A stretch of DNA of 50,683 nt, taken from positions 1 through 50,683 of IMG/VR virus record IMGVR_UViG_3300032132_000010. One strand, 5' to 3'. The notes under the pieces were generated by a model that saw nothing but the letters and a program-made list of their open reading frames with translations, ran no database searches and was not told the DNA's origin. Positions 43,558-50,683 of the stretch are shown here, in pieces. How positions within the stretch are numbered: position 1 is the stretch's first letter; each line of letters opens with the position of its first letter. The translations under genes were made by a program, and so were the position numbers. Source of the DNA: a virus (taxonomy: Duplodnaviria > Caudoviricetes).

Positions 43558-44364
43558 ATGACAACCACACCAAGCGGCACCCCGTTCAAGAGCGGCAACA
43601 TCACCGCGTACCTGGACGCCATCGAACGGATCGAGGTGTACGACGGGACGCTGAAGATCGGTGACGCGATCAGGAGTGACGGCGCGATGATCCCGCCGAC
43701 ACGCGACGACCGCTCGACGCTGTGGGACACCTACGCAATCGAGCAGGCGCAGACCGTTCAGCAAGTGAACGACGGCGCGGCAACGTGGGAGATCACCGAC
43801 GCGCTGCTCGACCTGGACGAGCAGATCAACGCGCACCTGGACCTGGAAGATCGCGTCACCGACCACGAACAGGATCACTCCGACGCGGGCGGTCGGTTGT
43901 GCAAGGACGAGAACGACGACGGCACGTGCGCCGTCTGTGGCGTGGGCCTGGACAAGTGCGAGACGTGCGACGGGCTCGGCTACCATTTCGGCGGCTGTCC
44001 CGACAGTGACGCGACCGACGACGCGGGCTCTGTGATCGAACCGCACCACGCGCTCGACCAGATCGCGGCGCTGTACCAGGAGGACATGAGCGGCGCGGAC
44101 TTCATCCAGGACGTCTGCTCCATCCTGCTGGCGTCGGGCTTTGAGTACCAAGGCTGCGAGGTAGTGCGGTTCGTCGAGAGCGCGGACCCGGAGTGGGACG
44201 TGAGCCTGTGGAACGCGACCACGTTGGCCGAGAAGGTCGAGCGGGTGCGCGCCGACTCCTCGACGCTGGCCGGAGTGCTGGCGAAGAAGCAGTCGGGCGA
44301 TGCGGACCCGGAGACTGGCTGGAAGGTCGTCAAGGTGGTGCGCGTGGAAGGGGGTGCCTCTTGA
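43558..44364 (+). CDS. Acidic hypothetical protein with Zn-finger; first gene of the early accessory operon
   Basis: CAVC, CETC...H..GC; RBS is a 14-nt complement of the candidate sRNA. Confidence 0.75.
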   Translation: MTTTPSGTPFKSGNITAYLDAIERIEVYDGTLKIGDAIRSDGAMIPPTRDDRSTLWDTYAIEQAQTVQQVNDGAATWEITDALLDLDEQINAHLDLEDRVTDHEQDHSDAGGRLCKDENDDGTCAVCGVGLDKCETCDGLGYHFGGCPDSDATDDAGSVIEPHHALDQIAALYQEDMSGADFIQDVCSILLASGFEYQGCEVVRFVESADPEWDVSLWNATTLAEKVERVRADSSTLAGVLAKKQSGDADPETGWKVVKVVRVEGGAS

Positions 44365-45878
44365 ACGGCCTCCTGGTTGACCTGTTCGCGGGCGGCGGCG
44401 GCGCGTCGGTCGGCATCGAAGCCGCCACGCGCAGCACCGTCGACATCGCGCTGAACCACTCCCCCATCGCGCTGGCCGTCCACCGGCTGAACCATCCGAC
44501 GACACGGCACGTCCAGGCGAACGTGTTTGAGGTGGACCCGCACGAAGCGGTGGGCGACGAGCCCGTGCAGCTGCTCTGGGCCTCGCCGGACTGCACCCAC
44601 TTCAGCATCGCCAAGGGTGACGTGCCGCGCTCGCGCGGCATCCGCTCCCTCGCTTGGGTGGTGGTCGAGTGGGCCGAGAAGGTGCGGCCCAACATCATCT
44701 GCGTCGAGAACGTCCGCGAGTTTGAGTCGTGGGGTCCGCTGTGCGAGCGGGGCCGCCCGATCAAGAACCTCGCGGGCACCGAGTTCGCCGCGTGGGTGGA
44801 AGCCCTGGAGACGGCCGGGTACGTGGTCGAGTGGCAAGTCCTGGACGCCGCGCAGTACGGCGCACCGACGCGCCGCAAGCGGTTGTTCATCGTCGCGCGC
44901 CGTGACGGTCTGCCGATCCAGTGGCCGTTGCCGACGCACGGTGCCGCGCCGGGTCTGCTGCCGGAGGTTCCGGCGCACACGATCATCGACTGGTCGCTGC
45001 CGTGCCCGTCCATCTTTGAACGGGACAAGCCGCTCGCGGACAAGACGCAGCGGCGCATCGCGGAAGGCATCAAGCGGTACGTGATCGAGAGCGCGAAGCC
45101 GTACATCGTGAACCTGTCGCACGGTGGTCGCGTCGAGGACCTGGACAGTCCGATGCGGACGATCACGGCGGGGCCGAAGGGTGGCGACCGCGCGCTCGTC
45201 GCGCCGACGTTCGCAGTCACCGGGAACAGCGAGCGGTCGGGACAGGCACCACGCGCCAACGATCCGCGCGCACCGTTCCGCACGGTGACCGCGACGGGCT
45301 CGCAAGGTGCAGTCGTCGCGGCATGGCTCGCCAAGCACTACGGCGGCGTGGTCGGTCACGACTTGCACCGGCCCATCGGCACGGTGACAGGAACGGATCA
45401 CCACTCCATCGCAGCGGCAACGCTGGTCGGCTTCCGCGGCACGTCGGACAGTCACAAGGGAACGCTCGACATCCGCGAGCCGCTGCCAACGATCACGGCA
45501 GGCGGGAACCACGTGGCCGAGGTGCGCGCGTTCCTGACGGCATACTACTCGTCGGGCAGCGTCGGCCAGTCGTTGCACAAGCCGCTCCGCACCGTCACGG
45601 CCAAGGCACGGCTCGGCATCGTCACCGTGCGAGGCACCGACTACCAGATCATCGACATCGGTATGCGGATGCTTGAGCCGCACGAACTACTGGCCGCGCA
45701 GTTCGGCAAGTTCGCCGCGCGGTACGACCTGGAAGCACAGAAGGCGGTGGGCGGCAAGCTGCGCCCGCTGAGCAAGGCAGACAAGGTGCGACTCATCGGG
45801 AACAGTGTGTGCCCCGAAGTCGCGGAAGCATTGGTGGCCGCGCAGTACGCGGCTCAGACCGAGGAGGCAGCAGCATGA
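44361..45878 (+). CDS. C5-cytosine DNA methyltransferase
   Basis: DLFAGGGG, WASPDC, ENV, YGAPTRRKR, GNSV motifs; TTG start overlapping upstream stop. Confidence 0.93.
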   Translation: MNGLLVDLFAGGGGASVGIEAATRSTVDIALNHSPIALAVHRLNHPTTRHVQANVFEVDPHEAVGDEPVQLLWASPDCTHFSIAKGDVPRSRGIRSLAWVVVEWAEKVRPNIICVENVREFESWGPLCERGRPIKNLAGTEFAAWVEALETAGYVVEWQVLDAAQYGAPTRRKRLFIVARRDGLPIQWPLPTHGAAPGLLPEVPAHTIIDWSLPCPSIFERDKPLADKTQRRIAEGIKRYVIESAKPYIVNLSHGGRVEDLDSPMRTITAGPKGGDRALVAPTFAVTGNSERSGQAPRANDPRAPFRTVTATGSQGAVVAAWLAKHYGGVVGHDLHRPIGTVTGTDHHSIAAATLVGFRGTSDSHKGTLDIREPLPTITAGGNHVAEVRAFLTAYYSSGSVGQSLHKPLRTVTAKARLGIVTVRGTDYQIIDIGMRMLEPHELLAAQFGKFAARYDLEAQKAVGGKLRPLSKADKVRLIGNSVCPEVAEALVAAQYAAQTEEAAA

Positions 45879-46291
45879 GTGACATGAACGAAGTGTTCGG
45901 AGAACCGATCAGCGTCTACACCTCTGACCAAGCGGTCGAGGATGGCGTGTTGGTCGAGGCGTGGCCGGAGCGGTGGCCGAAGCTGCTGCTCACGCGGTCG
46001 CTGTACGAGGCGCTGCGCGAGGTCGGTTACGAGCGAGTGCCCGACGCGCGCGCCGAGGACCTGGAAGTCCTCGCGTTCAACCAAGTGGCGACACCGTTCG
46101 TCATGGACGTGTTGATGATCCTCAAGGCGCGGTTCGACAAGAACCCCGGCGAGGAGAAGGAGGAGTCGCGTTGGTTCCTGGGCGGCGGCGAGACGAAGGG
46201 ACCGATGGAAGGCAACGCAACGGGCAAGGAAGTGTGGGTGGCGAGGAACGACGTCGGCGGCATCACCATCATGTTTCCGGAGGACGACTGA
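45875..46291 (+). CDS. DUF6573-like protein
   Basis: FG..IS.YT..QAVEDGVLV N-terminus and ITIMFPED C-terminus. Confidence 0.7.
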   Translation: MSDMNEVFGEPISVYTSDQAVEDGVLVEAWPERWPKLLLTRSLYEALREVGYERVPDARAEDLEVLAFNQVATPFVMDVLMILKARFDKNPGEEKEESRWFLGGGETKGPMEGNATGKEVWVARNDVGGITIMFPEDD

Positions 46292-46638
46292 TGGTGAACG
46301 CGAACGAGATGACACTGTTCCCCGTGGGCGTGGACGCGGGACTGCTCCCGACGTTCGACGAGGCGCGCGTGGTCGTGCGCTTCGCGGGCCGAGTGCCCGT
46401 GCTGCGCGACGACTGGCAGCGCGTCACGTTGCACGACAAGCGCGAGGCGTGGGTGCGGAGTGCGGACTGCGGCGGCGGGTGTCGGTGCGCGGGGGAGATC
46501 GCCTTCACCGTGCGGTGCGAGGTGCGCTTGCCCTACGCCTCGGACCCGTGCCCGAACGTGGCGAGTGCGGTTGCTCCTGGTTACGGGGAGCCGTGCTGCG
46601 ACGAGTGCCTGGACGTGCTGATGGAGGCAACGCGATGA
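46291..46638 (+). CDS. Cys-rich hypothetical protein
   Basis: CGGGCRC, CCDEC; coupled start. Confidence 0.65.
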   Translation: MVNANEMTLFPVGVDAGLLPTFDEARVVVRFAGRVPVLRDDWQRVTLHDKREAWVRSADCGGGCRCAGEIAFTVRCEVRLPYASDPCPNVASAVAPGYGEPCCDECLDVLMEATR

Positions 46639-46841
46639 CGCACGACCTGACAGCGGCAGAGCTTCGCGCGATCAATGACTACCGCACGGCGGCGCGCAAG
46701 CTGTCGTCGGCGTTCAAGCGCAACGGGTTTCCGAACAGGGCGGACAAGATGATCGACGAGATCAACGACGTCGGCTCGGTGTTCGGTCAGATCACGGGCA
46801 CGTACCCACGGCACGTCGAGTACCTGGAGGTGACATCGTGA
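46635..46841 (+). CDS. Hypothetical protein
   Basis: GGAGG SD; ATGA coupling. Confidence 0.65.
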   Translation: MTHDLTAAELRAINDYRTAARKLSSAFKRNGFPNRADKMIDEINDVGSVFGQITGTYPRHVEYLEVTS

Positions 46842-46942
46842 AGGCGACCGGACTGTGGAGTGACGCGCTCGACCTGTGCGCGGATCACCTTGGCAACATC
46901 CTGTTTCTGGCGGTCGCGTTCGCGGCCGTCCTGTTCCTGTAG
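46838..46942 (+). CDS. 34-aa TM microprotein
   Basis: GGAGGTGA SD; GTGA coupling; ILFLAVAFAAVLFL. Confidence 0.55.
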   Translation: MKATGLWSDALDLCADHLGNILFLAVAFAAVLFL

Positions 46943-46956
46943 ACCGAGGAGGCAAC

Positions 46957-47205
46957 ATGACCACGCAAGAGAAGGACGTTGTGCAAGGAACCCTGGAGGA
47001 CGCGGAGCAGGAGCTACGCGCGATGCGGCAGCACCACGCGGAGCTTCGCGCGGGCCTGGAGGTACAGCGCGCAGACCGCGACTTCCTGGTGCGCGAGGTG
47101 TCGCTTGCCGAGGAGCGGTGCCAGTCGGCCGAGTCCGAGGTGCGCGGCCTGGAGAGGACGTGCCGCGACATCGCGCTGCGCGATGCGAAGGGAGGTGCAG
47201 CTTGA
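46957..47205 (+). CDS. Coiled-coil hypothetical protein
   Basis: GAGGAGG SD. Confidence 0.7.
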   Translation: MTTQEKDVVQGTLEDAEQELRAMRQHHAELRAGLEVQRADRDFLVREVSLAEERCQSAESEVRGLERTCRDIALRDAKGGAA

Positions 47206-47546
47206 GCAAGAGCTACATCCGCAAGCTGGGCGTGAACCGTGGCAAGCCGCGCCTCTGGCTCCAGGGTGCCGTCCTGGTGGACGCGGGCTTCGCCCCCGGT
47301 GATCGGTACGCGCTCCTCTGCCGGGGCGTGGCGATGCGCCTGAGGAGGCTGCGTCCAGGCGAGGACCCGCACGGTGCGGAACACGCCAAGCCGCGCAAGG
47401 TGTCCGGCAAGGGACCGCTGCCCATCGTGGATATCAGCGGTGCGGTGATCCCCGAGACGTTCGGGGCCGACGCCGTGGAGGTCTGCTGCGTCCCGTCGCG
47501 CGGTGTCGTCGTCGTCTCTGTCGAGTCGCCCGGGGGTGCGTCATGA
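47202..47546 (+). CDS. SymE/AbrB-like swapped-hairpin protein
   Basis: RG.PRLWLQG..L..AGF.PG..Y and RKVSGK..PIVDI; GGAGG SD, TTG start. Confidence 0.55.
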   Translation: MSKSYIRKLGVNRGKPRLWLQGAVLVDAGFAPGDRYALLCRGVAMRLRRLRPGEDPHGAEHAKPRKVSGKGPLPIVDISGAVIPETFGADAVEVCCVPSRGVVVVSVESPGGAS

Positions 47547-47806
47547 CAACGACCACGTGCGAGACGTGCGAGGGTGATCAGGTGGCCGAGGTCACGTGCC
47601 CTCGGTGCAACGGGACCGGCGAGGCATACGACAGCATGACGCCGGTCGGGATCTGCCGGCGCTGCAACGGCGCGGGCGTTGTCGAAGGTGACTGCGAGAC
47701 GTGCGGCGGCAGCGGCACCGTGTACGCCTGCGACGGTTGCGGCAGGCCGGAGGAGGAGTGCAGTCGGAACCCGTGCGACGGCGTGTTGGAGGACCGCGCA
47801 TCATGA
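47543..47806 (+). CDS. DnaJ-type zinc-finger protein
   Basis: Repeated CxxCxGxG. Confidence 0.75.
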   Translation: MTTTTCETCEGDQVAEVTCPRCNGTGEAYDSMTPVGICRRCNGAGVVEGDCETCGGSGTVYACDGCGRPEEECSRNPCDGVLEDRAS

Positions 47807-48105
47807 CCACGCGAGCGAAGGTCAGGAAGCGGCGCACGTTCCACGTGCCCAGCACGAACATTGTGCTGGTGCGCTGCATCGGTGGGTGGTCGGGACAGAT
47901 CGACGATGCGCGCCTCGCGTTCCGCAAGGGGACGCGGGGCCACTACCGTTGGGTCTGCGTTCGGCAGGGCGTGGGGGACGTTGCGCGTGGCGTGTCGCTC
48001 ACCGCGTTGGTGTGGGCTGTCGCATCGCACAGCGACCGCTACTCGTTCGACGTGCCCTCGTTCGAGGCGTGGGCGAACCCGTGGTGTTTGAAGGGGGAAG
48101 CATGA
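47803..48105 (+). CDS. Hypothetical protein
   Basis: GGAGG SD; ATGA coupling. Confidence 0.6.
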   Translation: MTTRAKVRKRRTFHVPSTNIVLVRCIGGWSGQIDDARLAFRKGTRGHYRWVCVRQGVGDVARGVSLTALVWAVASHSDRYSFDVPSFEAWANPWCLKGEA

Positions 48106-48428
48106 GCGTCCAGGTAGAAACCAAGGTCCACCAGGCCCCCCCGCGCACGTGTTCGCAAGCGGGGTGCGACCGTCCGGCGAAGATGTCCGACGCAGCTGTG
48201 CGCGCGTCCGACTACAGGTGCGTCGAGTGTCGCGCCGCCATGCTGCGCCGCAGTCGTGAGCGTGGACCGTGGCGCGAACACCTCGCGCGCATCGACGTGC
48301 CGGACCTGTGCTTCGACTGCTGCAACAAGCGTGTCGTCGTCACGTCCTCGATCACGGTCGAGGGACAGTCGGTGAGCGTCGGCTACTGCCTCGCCTGCTG
48401 GAAGCGCGAGCAGCGTCAGGCTGGGTGA
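48102..48428 (+). CDS. Zinc-finger protein
   Basis: C...GC, CVEC, CFDC, CLAC. Confidence 0.65.
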   Translation: MSVQVETKVHQAPPRTCSQAGCDRPAKMSDAAVRASDYRCVECRAAMLRRSRERGPWREHLARIDVPDLCFDCCNKRVVVTSSITVEGQSVSVGYCLACWKREQRQAG

Positions 48429-48643
48429 GCCAGCCTCCGGGGTCGCCCGCCAACGCGGCGGGCGGCCCTCCCACGCAGCGCGCGTCTCGCGCTCGCGTCT
48501 CCCCCCTGTGCCACGCGCTCCAGGTGCGCGACTGTCCTGTCGCGTCTCGCGCGCCGCCTCTCCTGGCGCGTCTCAGCGCACCTCAGCCGGACGAAGGACA
48601 GGAGCGTGAGAAGGCCACTCAGAGCGATGAGGGTGCCGATCAT
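48416..48643 (-). CDS. Small TM plus Arg-rich hypothetical protein
   Basis: MIGTLIALSGLLTLLSFV N-terminus; weak RBS. Confidence 0.35.
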   Translation of the reverse strand: MIGTLIALSGLLTLLSFVRLRCAETRQERRRARRDRTVAHLERVAQGGDASARRALRGRAARRVGGRPRRLAHPA

Positions 48644-48841
48644 GGGTTTGCTCGCAGCTTGAAGCCAAAACGGGCCTCTCAGTTCGCCGCTGACGCGATT
48701 GCAGGCAGGGCCTCGACCCACGACACCTATGGATTCAGCGGCTCTCAGAGGGGATTGCCCTCTCCTGGTCGGCCGCCAGGACGCGCGACTTGAGCCCCAG
48801 CTTGGCGACGAGCTACGCCTCAAGCTGGGGCTCGCGCTGCG

Positions 48842-49354
48842 TCAGTCGTCCTCACCCTCGACCGTGAAGCCGTGCGTCGGGCAGTCGCGGTTGACCAGCG
48901 CCGATCCAGGTGTGCAGGCGCACGGCTGGTCGTTGGTCACTCCGTCCGGCGGCTCCACGCGCCGCGCGTTCGCCAGCCCGTAGCTCTGCTCCGCGTTCCC
49001 CGCAGCCATCGTCCCCGCGATGCACTCATGCGTCCGGCGAGCATCGCGCGCCGTCATCGCCTCCATCGCCTGCTCGACAGCAAGCAGCGCCGTCGCGTTC
49101 TCCGCACAAGCGAGGTACGTCTCCTGAAGGAACGACAGACGCGAGTGCAGACACGCCAGCACGTCGAGAGGTCGTGCGCCGTCGAACGTCTCTCCCGCTC
49201 CGTCGTGCCACCCGATGATGATGCCGCGCCCTCGCGCGCGGCCCCCGCGCGGTTCACCGCTCGCGGTGTCGCGGTCGTGTTCGTTCGTCTGGTGCAGCAC
49301 CGGGTCGTGGTGCGCGTGGGTGATCACTGTCTGCTTCGTCGTGGTTTCAGGCAT
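48842..49354 (-). CDS. Acb2/Tad1-like helical-hairpin protein with C-terminal CxC...CPxHG
   Basis: I.W.DG...DG...DVL...RL.FLQ...AC.ENA.AL..VEQA....AR..RR...I.GT pattern; GGAG SD. Confidence 0.55.
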   Translation of the reverse strand: MPETTTKQTVITHAHHDPVLHQTNEHDRDTASGEPRGGRARGRGIIIGWHDGAGETFDGARPLDVLACLHSRLSFLQETYLACAENATALLAVEQAMEAMTARDARRTHECIAGTMAAGNAEQSYGLANARRVEPPDGVTNDQPCACTPGSALVNRDCPTHGFTVEGEDD

Positions 49355-49539
49355 CTGCCGTCTCCGTTCCTGGGGTTGCTCGCTGCGATCCAGGCGCGTA
49401 GTCGCAGAGCCACGTGACCACCTGGACGAGCCGTGCGTCGATGCTACCTCGCGCGACACGCCTGGAACCTCCCTTGATCACGACACGACACGAAGGCACG
49501 GTGAGCAGGCGTCGTGCAGCAAAGTACCGAGGAAACGCC

Positions 49540-49977
49540 ATGCCGCGCTTCACGAAGGGCCAGAAAAGGCCTACTGGGTCAGGTCGGAAGAAGGGAACGC
49601 CGAACAAGGCGAACGCTGCGTTCAAGGCTGCGCTGGAGAAGGAGACGCGCCGCCGGAAGCTCGACACGCTGATGCGGTCGCAGACGGACGAGGAACTGAT
49701 CGCGCTGTACGTGCGGGTGTTCGTGCCGCGCGAGAACAAGGTCGAGGTGGACGACAAGCGGAGCATCTCGGACATCCTGGCCGACTCGATGCGCGGGGAG
49801 ACGCCGCCGTCGATGCACGTGTCCGGCTCGCAACCGGACACGCCTGTCACTGTCCCGCCTGTGTCCGCTTCGCAACCGGACAAGCCCGCGACCAACGGCG
49901 CGGCGAAGCCCGTGAGTGCTGCCAAGCGCAAGCTCGCGGCCGTGCGCCGGTTGGAGGGCTCCGATGTCACGCCATGA
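49540..49977 (+). CDS. Second allele of the TerS-like gene
   Basis: Same length and frame as 279-716. Confidence 0.6.
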   Translation: MPRFTKGQKRPTGSGRKKGTPNKANAAFKAALEKETRRRKLDTLMRSQTDEELIALYVRVFVPRENKVEVDDKRSISDILADSMRGETPPSMHVSGSQPDTPVTVPPVSASQPDKPATNGAAKPVSAAKRKLAAVRRLEGSDVTP

Positions 49978-50488
49978 GTCGAGCGAGTTCATGCAGCGCC
50001 GTGCAGACGCGGTGAAGCGCGCGGCGCGCAACGGTGCAGCGCCGCCGGCGGGCACGGGCATCGTGCGCGCGGACGCGCAGGGCAACATCGTCCAGGCGGG
50101 CAAGCTCGACGCGAACCAAGTGTTGCAGGTCGCGGTGCAGCTGTCGCTCCAGGTGACCAAGATGCCCGACTTCGCGGAGTGCCGCGTGGAGCAGCTTCGG
50201 AGCATCGAGGCGGACGAGGAGGAGAGTGGCAAGCCGCGCGCGTTCGGACAGCAGACCTCGCTCGACCTGCTGGCGGCTCTCAGCGCCTTCCAGGCGTCCG
50301 CGCGCGTGACGGTCCAGGCGAACGTCGAGCAGGGGCGGCGGGCGAAGGAGGCGGCACGTCGGGCGGCCGCTGGGCTGCCACCTCTCGATGAGCCGGTGGC
50401 CGGTGGCGAGGCAGGCGGCGAGGGCTCGGACGGCGGCGGCTCGGAGGCTGGCGGCGGCGGCGGCGAGGCGACGGGCTCGGTCGGGTGA
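49964..50488 (+). CDS. Second allele of hypothetical 703-1230 with a different Gly-rich tail
   Basis: Near-identical until the C-terminal low-complexity region. Confidence 0.7.
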   Translation: MSRHESSEFMQRRADAVKRAARNGAAPPAGTGIVRADAQGNIVQAGKLDANQVLQVAVQLSLQVTKMPDFAECRVEQLRSIEADEEESGKPRAFGQQTSLDLLAALSAFQASARVTVQANVEQGRRAKEAARRAAAGLPPLDEPVAGGEAGGEGSDGGGSEAGGGGGEATGSVG

Positions 50489-50683
50489 GCGGAGGTGCGC
50501 GCGAGCGAAAAAGCGGCCACAGGCGATCGGCCCCCCCCCACCCCCGAGGCCAGGCGGGCGCGCGCGAAAAGAAAGGGATGGTGGCACCTAGCGAACCCCA
50601 GTTTTTTGCGAAATATGGAGATTTTCAGATATGGGCGGTAGAGCGAAGGCGTTGCGCCGGAGTCGCGTTGGAGTGGCCCGCAG

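Larger units (their letters stand above)
1..49261. mobile_element. Complete tailed bacteriophage genome (podovirus-like, BPP-1/T7-type virion module), one unit length
   Basis: Terminase, portal, capsid, tail-tube and ejection genes in canonical order; the sequence restarts at 49262; no host housekeeping genes. Confidence 0.93.
49262..50683 (+). repeat. Terminal direct repeat, copy B (diverged allele of 1-1424)
   Basis: Direct alignment to the window start. Confidence 0.97.

Noticed and set aside
48481-48574. Four CGCGTCTC copies (48481, 48494, 48541, 48567) near the convergence of transcription units
   Set aside because: Short, GC-rich and irregularly spaced; cannot be separated from chance or coding bias
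49262-50683. Tandem prophage or true gene duplication of the TerS region
   Set aside because: No host flanks or att sites; identical 126/127-nt borders point to assembly of two alleles

Overview
The window is one apparently complete, high-GC tailed-phage genome of about 49.26 kb. Its first 1,424 nt recur at the end (49262-50683) as a diverged allele, probably an assembly bubble on a circular map. The virion module is podovirus-like with BPP-1/T7-type synteny: terminase, portal, scaffold, capsid, cement, two tail-tube proteins and ejection proteins. It ends in a 4,229-aa polyvalent ejection protein (N6-methyltransferase, Strawberry-notch-type SF2 helicase, ParB-like and HExxH modules). Next come small beta-rich and membrane genes, a recombination/replication operon (YqaJ exonuclease, annealing-type protein, initiator, RusA), an early accessory operon with a C5 methyltransferase, and a short minus-strand unit with an Acb2/Tad1-like gene. 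I saw no integrase, classical repressor, DNA polymerase, endolysin, tRNA, CRISPR array or reverse transcriptase. The most notable unexplained signal is a highly structured non-coding element at 35421-35578. Its loop is complementary (10-14 nt) to the ribosome-binding sites of at least five distant phage genes and to its own 5' end, which makes it a candidate multi-target antisense RNA regulator. Other notable signals are an overprinted gene inside the giant ORF, a duplicated 34-bp late-promoter-like motif, and interleaved repeats at gene junctions. All family assignments come from motif recognition by eye, not database searches.
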